NCBI GenBank assembly: GCA_011109175.1
Contig: RDEW01000001.1
Coordinates: forward strand, 1,192,360 to 1,256,359
DNA: 64,000 nt
From: Dicyema japonicum
Lineage: Eukaryota > Animalia > Dicyemida
Direction: 5' to 3'
Shown: positions 12,596-24,594 of the stretch, one piece after another
Numbering within the stretch: position 1 is the first letter of the stretch
Layout: each line of letters begins with the position of its first letter
Notes under the pieces: model-generated
The model's input: only the letters and a program-made list of their open reading frames with translations
Told to the model about the DNA's origin: nothing
Database searches by the model: none
Program-made: the position numbers and the translations under genes

Positions 12596-14484
12596 TATTA
12601 AACAACAGTAAAGTTAATTCATATTTAGTGATAAATTTATTAATTTAATTTTTAATAAATTAAACATTTGAATTTTTGTTGTGATGTGAATGTTTGTTTC
12701 TTCTGAGGACAATATAACATTTAATTGACCTATTTACTAAGGACCCCGACAAAGAAACCAATAATGACGTAGATTGTGTTGCCTTTTGGCAGTGCGGAAC
12801 AAAAGAATGTAATGTAAAATCCCTCCGATCTGCTGTCGTTTCCATGTCAATCTTCTCACATCAGGCCTCTGATGTGGTCAAGGCTGCTCAACGGAGATTC
12901 AAGAGAATTCTTCATTCAGGATGGCCGATGATTACGCGTTCTTTTAACAAAAAGTTACATACGTCCAAATCAGTGGCGAATTTGAAGATTCTAACGAAGT
13001 CAAATGAAATCATCCCCTTTATCTAATCAAGAGTCGATCCCTTACAAAGATGATGGCCAATGATTATGATTTTACTTCCCATGATGAGCGCAATGATTCT
13101 TTTAATGATAAACAGAGTAGTCGTAGTGTAAACAGCTATTAGGAATAATATATAATTTCAATTTTGAAAAAACTAAATTGAATTAACCTTATTTTCAAAA
13201 AAATGAATAGAAAAATGGGCGTGCACAATACAAAATATAAAGGAAAAGGTTTTGTCTGACCAAAGTGTTGAAAAGTCTTTTTTTTGAATTTTCGGTGTCA
13301 GTGAGGAGAGTATACTCGTAGCCCATTATGCGCTAATAAACGAGTTCGATTATTACATGACAATTCTATCAAATTTTCTTTTTCAAAAGTTGTAATTTCA
13401 AATTCACGTCTTCTTCATCAATAAATAAATTCTGTATCCATGCGATTCTGTATCTTCAACACAATTTCGTAGGTTTCACTCGGATTTCACTGAAGCAGTG
13501 GTTTCCAAAACCAAAAGGTTACGTAGCATTCACATGTTTACAAAAGTTCCTTTTGTCCTCCTTTTTGAATTCGAAGCGGAAGATCCCGGAGCCTTTGTGG
13601 CTCAATCTGATAGACCCCGTCAAGTCGAACGAGTACAGCACGTTAGAAATTTTGATGGCTCCCATACTCGACGTAACAGAGATCTGTATACACATTGCCA
13701 GAGTCTTAGTATATTAAAAGGCTGGTGGATCTTGAGGTATAGACTTCTTTTCAGTTTCTGTAGATGAGCAAACTGTCTTGATCTCTTCTTCAAACTTTTT
13801 TCACAGTAGTAGCTCTTGTAGATCTCGGGAAGTAGTAACTTTTAATGTCGCAGTTTTCAACCCTTTTTAACTAACTTTTTGAACCATCGTCACAACAACC
13901 ACGTTTTTTTTATTTTGAAGCAAAACCATGGTCTCATTTGACATGGCTATACGGTTCAAAAACTTTTGGTGATGCATGAAGGGAACCTAATATCCATTCA
14001 AAGAGAACTATTAAACACTAGACATCTGCACACGCTCCACGTGCACATGGTCTAGCTCCTGCGGAGGGCCTGTCGTGAGATTCGAATATTTGACAAACGA
14101 CGCTGAGTCTCTTCTGGGACCTAAAAAGCCCGGACTTGTTGGGTGTGTGTTCTCAATTGTCTTAAACGATTTTTACCCACGTTGGCTGTCTCCCATTGTC
14201 CCCCATCTCCGGGATCTCTGGGATCTTGTATTAGTGCCTAGAAATTATTAAAGTGGAAAGTTTTTGAAATTAGCATTGAGGTCGCCATTTGACAGATGAT
14301 ATTGATCGAAATTTTCAGAAACTCAAATTCTTCATATCTGGTACCCTCACTTTTTCGACAATGTTTTTATTTGTCCAAAACTTTTTTTAATTAAAATCCG
14401 TCCATTTATCTGCGAATTGTGGTGCCACATAAATACAACATTGAGCTTCAATAAGTATTTAGATTTACTTCCAAGAATACTTTC

Positions 14485-14680
14485 ATTTGGCATAGTGGTT
14501 AGGTGACGGGCTTAACTGGCTTAGGCTACGGTTCGAATCTCGCTGCTGTTACCTGGTGGAAAGTTCCACGCAACTACGATGCAGAAAGGGTTTGACGAGT
14601 GACGCCGTCATCAGAGGATATGCACTGCGGAACTGGATTGTCTAGAGAGGACACTCACACAAGAAAAAGAAAAAAAAGGC
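14485..14680 (+). mobile_element. tRNA-derived SINE
   Basis: Pol III A box TAGTGGTTAGG (14493-14503) and B box GGTTCGAATCT (14530-14540), no complete cloverleaf, A-rich tail; 3' half recurs at 58870-58960 (-). Confidence 0.7.
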
Positions 14681-14893
14681 AAACTGGTGGTATGATCAGC
14701 GTGATAATAACTACTTGAGGGAATGCCACCAGTCTCTCTCAGTATAATTAATTTATCAATAATTAGAATTGGTAGCTGTCTTTTTGAACTGGTTTTCTTC
14801 ATTAAAATCGTAACGATTTAATATATTTTAAATATAAAATTATAATTATTTTTATGTTTATAATTTAAAAAAAGTAATAAATTCTCAATTACT

Positions 14894-16688
14894 ATGTCAC
14901 ATGATGATTCTGTCGATTCATTTCTAATATTCGACGATAATGACATAGAAGCTGCAAGAGAAATAGATTTACAACCAATACGTCAATTCGAAGGTTAAAT
15001 TGTTAAGATTACTTAAAGACCCTTCTAGTGAGCTAATCGAGATGATAGACAACAGGAACCAGCTCCCCACGCCCACAGAGTCTTCTTCCATGCTCCTGAT
15101 CTCAGCCCTACGGTACATAAGCGAGATGCTTTTCGGCAGTTCAAATGATGCCAAAATTTTTTTCAACAGTAAGAATAGCACAACATTATAGCCCTACTTC
15201 AGGAACTCAAAATCAGGGACATTATTCCATCCTCATATAACATGGACTTTGAATATGACCACAACTACAGCATCTTCCGCGTCCTCATGCGAGCCTTGGT
15301 TTACTCTGTCAATCCCAAAATGGTAAAGTCTCTGTTCCCCGATACAAACCCAGACCTTGGAGGGAAGTTATGTTCCCAGCCAACCATTAGGACGGAAAAT
15401 ATAAATTCCATAATCAACCGGTCTTCATTTTACCACCAGAACTTTATTCAATTAAAAAACCTGGGTAGTGGAGGATTCGGGACTGTCTATTTGGTGAGGG
15501 AATTGACTTTAACTATGCAGACTCAGAATAAGGTGGATATGGGCAACTATGCCGTGAAAATCATAAGGAAGTCGAAACAGGACGTGGAGTTTCTTATCCG
15601 AGAGGTAGTTGTCCTCGCAAAGCTTACTCATCCAAATGTGGTGAGGTACTACTCCTCCTGGATAGAGTTCTACTGCAGTGGTGCGGAAAATCCTCAGAGT
15701 TCGACAGATAAGTACTTGTTATTTTGAAATAGTTCTTCATATGTGATATTCCAACGGAGTGAAGACCACCAGGAGTCTGAAACATGGAGTTCTGAGCTCA
15801 TCGATGCAGATAAACCAAGTCTCATGTGGTCGTTGTTCATCCAGATGGAACTTTGTGGGGAAAGTCTGAAGAACTGGCTGGACGCGAGGAACTCATTGGC
15901 CATTAATTTTAACGAACATGGTAGTTTTTGTTATTTACTATTGATCGGATTAATGTGGTGCACGTGGGTGATAACCATACGATATATCTTCAGCTTCTGC
16001 AAGGGATTGACTATATTCACTCAATGGGGGTTGTCCATAGGGACATTAAGGTATTCACGTGGTTCAATACAGCCTGGGAATATCTTCTTGAACCCTGAGA
16101 CATTGTCAGTGAAAATCGGGGACTTTGGATTGGCCAGAAATGTCATGTATTCCGACGATGGTTGAGGAGTGATTTATTGTAGATCGAGGGGTACTAAAGT
16201 TGTCGAAGGGGGTAGGAACTAAGATCTATACAGCCCCGGAAGTTAACAAGACCACGAAGTATGATAATAAAGTATGCACGTTTTGTAATGTAGTGTGATA
16301 TTTACTCGTTGGGGGTTGTTTTTTATGAGCTTTTTTCTGTTTTTTGTACAGACAGTGATAGAATCACATGTCTGAGAAGTCTGAGAACTCGAGGGCCGTC
16401 CGGAGACTTTTCTAAACAATGGCCCAGACAGGTTGGGTTTGGTGGCATTGTAGGCCTTTTCTATAAGACTAATGGTGAGTCAGGAGGCCAGCAGACCGAC
16501 TGCAACTGAATTGTTAAGTGAGGTCACTTCTTTGGTAGTTCTTGGATTTATTGTTTAAGGAGGAGACTGATCGACTACGAAATGAAATTAAAAGACTAAA
16601 TGCTTTGTTGGCTCAGTCCAAGGAACTTATTCAGAATCAGGCTAAGAAAATTTCTGATTTAGAAAAGAGTAATTCTGTGTTTGTATAA
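14894..16688 (+). CDS. EIF2AK1: eIF2-alpha kinase, HRI type
   Basis: N-terminal LLISALRYISEMLF...DHNYSIFRVLMRA aligns with the HRI N-terminal domain. Kinase motifs LGSGGFGTVY, YAVKII, REVVVLAKLTHPNVVRYYSSWIE, LFIQMELC, HRDIK|PGNIF (22-nt intron 16051-16072), DFGLA, GVGTKIYTAPE, DIYSLGV; C-terminal coiled coil. Confidence 0.85.
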
Positions 16689-17189
16689 TCTTATTTTTTT
16701 TATGTTTTTGCATTGTGGAAGGTTGAGGTATTAAAAGAAATCTTAAACTCTTAAATGATGCGAAATTTGCAAACTTCACAATTTTGAATGACTTTTCTGA
16801 TAATCTCGGATATAAAAATTAAATGTCGGATAATTAAAGGACCTTTTCAAGGTCAAAAAAATGTAACTCCCATGTCACATATTATCTGTGCTACTCCTAT
16901 CAGAGTATTAAAATCAAATAAAGCTAAGAGGAACTAGGATCGGTGTATGAAGTTGCATACGACAAAGGAATCTTAGGGAGTTGGTTTCCGTGTGATGATC
17001 TTTTAGTTCGCCCTCTACTAGAGTGGTGTTGCGTGATCATCCTGTCTCAGAGACAAAATAAAGTAATATCCCCTTTAATGTAGCGCTCGCAGATCCTCTC
17101 CTCGTAATAGTGCGATCGAATTTTCTATTTGCAATAGCAGTATTTAATAAATCAGATAATAAAAATGGCTGAGACTCTAAATTAAAAAA

Positions 17190-17410
17190 TACGCATGTCT
17201 TGGAGGACAATTCATCCTCGAACCAGTGGTAGTCGAAACGACAGGAATCATTGGAAGCAGATCACTGGCCATGCTAAACAGGATCGGCTCGCTCATCGCC
17301 AGGAAAAAATGATAGGAGAGAAAGGAGCTGGCTCATTGTGCGCATTTCCTTGCAGACCGTCAGGGGAAATGCGCTTCCAATTATGAGAGCAGCCAGCAGT
17401 TAAACTGTTA
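17190..17410 (+). mobile_element. CRE-clade non-LTR retrotransposon 3' fragment
   Basis: FILEPVVVETTGIIGSRSLAMLNRIGSLIARKNDRRERSWLIVRISLQTVRGNA is the C-terminal end of the CRE restriction-like endonuclease domain. Confidence 0.75.
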
Positions 17411-17559
17411 GTTTTGCTTTTAAATAAAATTGGTTATTCTATTAATTGCCCGTTTTTACTTCAATTAAGAATATCTGTAAATCCAATATCATACAGCCCT
17501 TAGCCAACCCTTCAGTAATAATCCAAAAATTATAAATGTAATTACTACGATGTCCTTAA

Positions 17560-20071
17560 ATGGAGAATCCAGTGATAAGTCAGGATGACTTAGTTAGTTC
17601 TATGCAATCGGAGTTATACTTGAATGTTCACGACAACAATTTTGCTGGTTCCAATCAAAATACACTGTTTTTTCAAAAATTTGTAAATTTTCTAAAAAGT
17701 AACAAATCAACCATTCACATACAGAACTTTGGCTCACCAAGGACACAAGGACGATTGAACAGAACAGCAAAAAATACAAAAAAATAGTTTTACGAGAATT
17801 ATGCGTGTACATTGTGTTTCTCACGCTTGTAACAGGAGGTTTACTATTTTGAGTTATTTCTTAGTCGCCCTCTTGTCTACGGAGAATAAAAGCTACTTTA
17901 TGACGAGTTCTCTTACGGATGTGTTTGCGGGAGAGGAAAATCCTCAGTCATTCCTAAAAATAACGACAGAAGAGGACTTGTGGAATGTAGTTTGTGATTA
18001 CCATTTGAGTACATAAAAACTACGTTTATGAACGGCATATACCGTGAAAAACTGTACAGCGGGAGATACAAAGCCGAATCAGAGAAGGGGTATATTCTAA
18101 ACGAAAACAAAATCGTTGGGGTGACTCGACTGAGACAGATCAGGGGACAGAACTACTCCTGCAACGTTAGCCCAGAATTCAAAATAAACGAATGTTTCAA
18201 AGAGTATTCAAAGAACAACGAAAATCGTACCTCCCTGGGAAACCGGCGCGGAAGTGCGTGAGTGACCCTTTCTTACGGAGTAGATGGAATTACCGGAGTA
18301 GTGCCCAACTGGAGGGAATGCCCGTGTCGGCACAGATTAACACGTATGAGGGAGGTGGATTTGTTCAGAACTTGGGGACCACGAAAATTGAGTCGATCAA
18401 GATAATAAAAAACCTTGAAAGTAAGTTGTGGATCGACAAACTGACACGTGCAGTCTTGATCGAGTTCACTGTGTACAACGCCAATATTAACATCTTCACG
18501 ATAATCAGGTGGATTGAGAATGTAATTAAAGTCTGATTGCTGAATTTCCGATAACAGGGGGAATTATTTCCTCCTCAAGCTTTGTCTCTCAAAAACTACT
18601 CCGTTATGTCTCTAGAGTTGACAAATTTGTGCTTTTGTGTGAAATATTTGTCTATGTTTTCGTTTTCTACTACATAATAGAGGAGATTTTGGAGGTTAAC
18701 CTTGTTCATTAAATTTCAGGTTACAAATACGGGTCTCTCCTACTTTGTGAATTTGTGGAATATTCTTGATATTCTGGTTCTCGGGATCAGTGTGGTCTGT
18801 GCCATTCTCAACGTAAAACGACATGTGGGGATCACCAGAATCCTCAATAACCTAAAGTCGGGGACAACCGAATTCCACAAATTTGCCGTGACCTCATACT
18901 GGCAATCCATATTCGACGACCTGGTAGCTATCAACGTCTTCATTATCTGGATTAAGGTACTCCTCCCAAAACCACGTGTAGCTGTTCAAATACGCTAGTT
19001 TTAGCAAAACACTGAACCAATTATCAGAAACAATCATTCATGGAGGCAAGGATATCGCAGGATTCTTCGTTATGTTCTTCATAGTCTTCGGTTCCTTCGC
19101 CCAACTGGCAACCTTGCTGTTCGGCTCAAAATTGGAGGGATTTAAGACTTTAACGGACGCATCGTTGGTCGCCGAATCGTTAGGTTTAGATTTACCCAAT
19201 TCCGGGTTATTCTGGGGGATTTCAACTACTATGAGTTAGAATCGGCCGACAAAATCCTCGGTCCCTCCTATTTTTTCCTATACGTGTTCTTCGTTTTTTA
19301 CATTTTGCTGAACATGTTTTTGGCCATCATTAACGACTCCTATCAAGAGGTCAAGGATGTGTCCTCACGTGGCGAGGACTTGGAGATCATCGACTCCATC
19401 AAAAAGGTGTTTAGAGACTGATTCTAGAAATTTGCCCGACTCACCAATAAACTGGATTTGAAAAAATTCCACGCAAGTCAGTTCAAGAGTGTTCTGTTTG
19501 CTAGCAAAATGGATGACAAAAATATCCAATTTGAAACCATTCGAGTAGAACTGAAACAGTTCGGGTTTGAGTTAACGGCAGGCTGGGATATTCTGACTTA
19601 GAGATTGAGGCCATATTCTCCAAATATGCGAGCAAGGACGCCAGAGTCTTAGATGAGGGTGAACTCGTACTATTGAGATCGGATTTGAACAGAGGAGGTC
19701 TGTTTGAGGACTTGAGGAGTCCCAATGGTAAGACGAACTGTTTAAAACTGATTTTGGAGAGAGCACAACTGCAGAAGTAAAAAATGAGAACCTCCCAATT
19801 AACTCTGTTCGGAGATCAGAATTCTTAATTATTGTTCAGAAGGTCGATGCTCTAATGGAATTCATCCAACAGATGACAAAATCCTCAGAGGATCTCCACC
19901 AAAGGCTAGTAAAGTATCAGAAACTACGAAGGGATCATGTTGCCCAGTATAACGAAATTTTAGAAGATGTAGATTTTGTATGTAAAATAGTGCTCCCACC
20001 TGGATGAATCTGAATTTAGATATAGATTAAATAAATTAAAAACAGATCTTAATAAATTTATTAATAATTAA
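17560..20071 (+). CDS. PKD2: Polycystin-2 / PKD2-like TRPP cation channel
   Basis: LWLTKDTRT...[25 protein letters not shown]...[57 protein letters not shown], pore [10 protein letters not shown] and [13 protein letters not shown]; many 22-26 nt introns. PKD2 versus PKD2L not resolved; end approximate. Confidence 0.92.
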
Positions 20072-20123
20072 TTTTTCGTTGGTTAACCTGTTTTAAATAT
20101 TACGAAAATCTCATTGGCATTTA

Positions 20124-20788
<665 letters not shown>

Positions 20789-20829
20789 TTAGATTTATGA
20801 CTTAGTACTTGGGATTATTCATTTGTTAT

Positions 20830-22492
20830 AGGTTTTGTGGTTTTTGCAAATTGATATGATTCCGTATGTTGTAGTATTACCATAGCAACCAAGCAATATT
20901 AATGCAAGTAATTGCCAGTAATGCATAATATCTTCGTCAAACCATGAGTGATGATTACCGTTTCCGTTAAATTACTAATTTGCCAAATTAGCAGTTCGGT
21001 CAGCCTGATTTTAACTGAAATTCTTAAATCTAAGAATGATTGCTAAGAGGATTTAAGTAATCTTTTACCACACTAAAACTTTTTAGGAGAAAACAGATTA
21101 TCCCGAAATCTATGAAATTACGCTAGAAATGTGAATATCTACGATTCCTCAATCACAGCCCTACCTTTAGAAAGTCACGAAAATCAAACCTCTCGGACTC
21201 TGATCTCTGCAGTCTGTGCTACATCTCAGTGGAATACTACATAACGACAATCATCTTCAATTCAGAGAGAGATAATGGTTTTTCATTCGACCTTAAATTA
21301 TCAAGCATGTTATGTAATCGATTATTTTTTCGTTAAATTCGAATCGATTTTTCCTGCGATTCAAGAAATATGCGAACAAATGAATGAATTATTCAAAAAA
21401 GCAATAAATTACCAGAATAAGCAACTAGATGGAACTAGTGTTTATGCAGGCTTACAGGCAACAGTGGTTTGGCTCAAATACCGCAGCTGATTACTTGATT
21501 GAATGTCCTTTTTCTTATGCTATGACCCCCTTCGTTCAATTAGTATACCGCCCACTATATCAGGAGGCATCCAATGGCAGAACAGCATCGAAAAGGTTAT
21601 TTACTTTCCCTCACTTCGCTTGATCATTTTTGAGGGATTTTCACAACTGTGATTCCGGAAGGACTAGTCTTTTCGTAAATGTGACGGTTGGATACACTTG
21701 AAATGAAGAAATCAAATACCACGTTAAAACCAAACTAATAATCACGTGGTCTTGTCATGTTGCAACAGCAATGAAAGTCGCAGTAAATGGGGTTGCCTCC
21801 CGGTGGAATGAATGGCTCTTTTTCGAGGTGCATAATATGCCTTCTGAGGACCACCAGAACTTACAGAGCTGGTGAACCACATGACGCCCCGTTCAACGTG
21901 AATGCCATGAATGGGGGTTGTGAACATAGTTGTTTATTGCTTCGTGGTTAATAAAATTAAAAATTTAATGCGTAAAGTCAAAATTAAAACCAAATAAACG
22001 ACGAAAATTTAGGAAATAGCGGTTAAATAATGCTGATTAATGAATCACTCAAAATGCTAGGAATTACATGTCTGCTCACATTTTTTTCAATTTTTTGAGT
22101 CCATAGAACGAATTTTTCCGCAAAATGACGATTTTCGAGTGATCAAATTTTCTAAATATATTTCCCCCTTACATGGTTTGTAAATTCGGATATGCCATGA
22201 ACGCCATAAATCCCACATATTTTGCTTTCACGTTTTTAAATGTTCTAGAATACAGCAAGCAAGTACATTTCTGTTACGTCGACACATTTTTTTGGTTTTA
22301 GGTCCTTCCTGATTTTCCGTAACGTTGAATTTTCCACGACACTAGAATAAGCAATGAACGGTACATTTTCTGGACATTCCGGTAGCAAGGGAGACGCATT
22401 TCGCGATCATTCGATTTATGGCAAACCAACATGTTTTGGGTCACTTTGCAGTCTTCTTTTGTGAGGACATATAATATAATAAATATCAACAT
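20830..22492 (-). CDS. Secreted or membrane leucine-rich-repeat protein (candidate)
   Basis: Signal-like MLIFIILYVLT, Cys N-cap, LRR units (AYPNLQTIKFDHSKIVILRKNSFYGLKKLKKIIL) joined by 21-23 nt introns, LRRCT-like GGNPIYCDFHCCC, possible TM segment near 20850-20910. Full exon chain not resolved. Confidence 0.5.
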
Positions 22493-23284
22493 TTATTTTT
22501 TACCGATTTGTCTTTTTATTTAATAAAATTGTACATATGGAGATAATTAGATGACATATGCTAAATGTCGCAAATAGATAATCTCGTTACGTGAAGACTG
22601 CAGGTTCAGGGATTTACGGGTTTAGCCGCTTATAACGGCTTGCTTGGACCCCGGGGACCGCCCGTAGGAGCCAATCAAGACATATGAAATGGCTGGAGAA
22701 GAGTGACTTGTGAAGTGTCCAGGCCATAGAGGCAGGACTATAACTTTTAATATAACTCCTAATTTCTCGTTTCGGTTCGGTTTCTTAGTGACTGCTGCAT
22801 AACTGCTATAGATTTCGGATTCATAGTTTATAAGAATATGAGTGAGGTCAAAGACTCTAACGTGTTACGTGAATGGGACAATGAATATTGGTCTGAGAGT
22901 TCGAATTATTTCTAGGTCACGCGATTAAAACGAGGAATATCATCAATGCATATAATTGGTCACGTGATAGACAATCAATACGTATAAATGGTCATAATCA
23001 ATACGTATAATGTAAATGATCAGTCCATAGATCACGTAAAGGAGACTATAATGGATTTGTATACAAAGTCATTTCGTCCATCAGACGAGAAAAATTCATA
23101 TACATTCCTCGTAGTAAGAGGTATATCACTATCGCCCACCTTCCGACCAAATAACCATTTGGTTGACTGGTCTTAGTTAATTGTCGTAACCTCAATAACA
23201 TGTAGGAGACCGTCTGCCATTAAACGGCCAACTGATAGTGTGGGCACTACCACAAATCCCTTGGTGGTCTTGGTAGAGAAGATT

Positions 23285-23960
23285 TTTAACCCCGGAATCA
23301 CAAGAAAGAGAACAAGAGCTGTCGTCTAAGTTAAGTGAGCCTGGTCCATACCAGGCTTCTCTTGTGGTTAGTTTTGGAGTCCTTGATTAATCTCCACATA
23401 GGGAAGGTTTCTTCTCGTATCTCGGGCAGGCTTCCAGGTGGATGTTCAGAAGACTTTGCCATCTTGAGGAAGTCTTGATGACGTTTTAAAAGATATTCCA
23501 TGGGAGGACGATTAGTGTTCTCCATAGTAACGACGTGGGCGTCTTTTTCGACTATCTCAATAACATTCTGTGACATTGTTTTGTAACACTTCCAGGTTTT
23601 TATGTTCCGAGGCATTCCATGCAGCATAGGCGTACTCAATTTCTGTAGAACAAACGGTTTATATAGAAGCTCCAACGATGGGTGGGAAGATATTGATGAG
23701 TGTGTGGAAGCCTTGACAATTCCAATTTTCTTTTGGATTCTCGATGTTACCAAGTCCACTTGATGTGTGATTAAAAAGGAAATCCAGGGTAATTCCCGGG
23801 ATTGAAAGGGTTTTAATAGGATCATATAATTTACTGCTGACTTTGTCCGTATCTCTTTTAATGATGAGGTGAACGTCGTTACATGTGACTTTCTGGTGAT
23901 ACTTTTAGGCGGTTTTTCAAAAACCAAAGATCCATCGTGTTTAATGTCTCTTGCACGGAC
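23285..23960 (-). mobile_element. I/Jockey-like LINE 3' fragment (family B)
   Basis: RT C-terminal region LITHQVDLVTSRIQKKIGIVK...LELLYKPFV, alignable to 30380-31250; tail CTTTCTTGTGATTCCGGGGTTAAAAA. Confidence 0.75.
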
Positions 23961-24195
23961 CATGTCTCCTCCTCAACTCTTCGATGTTTCGCTGATAAAG
24001 AATTACATTTTTGGTAATTGTGGAGGTGAGGTCACTGGAGAACATATTAAATAGCGTTGATGACAATGGTGGTCCTTGTGGCCTTGGTCCATGCAACCGT
24101 TGATGAAGTCAACCATGACTTCAATTTAGGATGAAGATCAAAAACCTTCTCTATATCCACTGAGACCAGCACGGTTCTCTCGTGTGGATTTAGAG

Positions 24196-24590
24196 CAGTG
24201 ATTCTCAACCTGGACGATATCGCCCAAATTGGGTGTTGGAATATTTTCTTTTTGAAAAACTAAGGGACTATTTTAACATTCCTACAATCAAAAAATACAA
24301 AGAACAAGATTATCTGAGAGATCGAATTACACATTTTGGAATACATTGGGATCTCCATTCGAACATTAGAATCTCCATTCGAACAAACATGGAAAATATT
24401 ACAATTGTGAACATGTGCATTCCCCCCCCAGCTTCTGTCAAAAGGAGTTTACTTTCTCTTTGGATGTGTTACATCAATAACAACATTTGTTGATATGTGG
24501 CGACTTCAACGCAAAATACCGACCCGGTACAAAAGCCAAACTGTTGATGCCAGAGGAAATCTCCTTCTCTACTGGATAACTTCATAATTC
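24196..24590 (+). mobile_element. Orphan hAT-like TIR followed by an AP-endonuclease fragment
   Basis: CAGTGATTCTCAACCT preceded by ATTTAGAG (central TA); downstream ITIVNMCIPPP...LICGDFNAK. Confidence 0.5.
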
Positions 24591-24594
24591 TTAA

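Noticed and set aside
12660-13930. Short ORFs on both strands between the ZYG11-like gene and the SINE
   Set aside because: Possibly coding, but no identifiable domain or consistent exon chain.
16985-17045. U5 snRNA-like TTCGCCCTCTACTAGAG
   Set aside because: Loop 1 differs from the invariant GCCTTTTAC, the flanking stem does not pair and there is no Sm site; the sequence matches the head of the 260-bp element instead.
21040-21700. Plus-strand ORFs 21275-21490 and 21429-21623 as a FERM/RA-domain gene
   Set aside because: No consistent motif or splice chain; the region is better explained by the minus-strand LRR gene.
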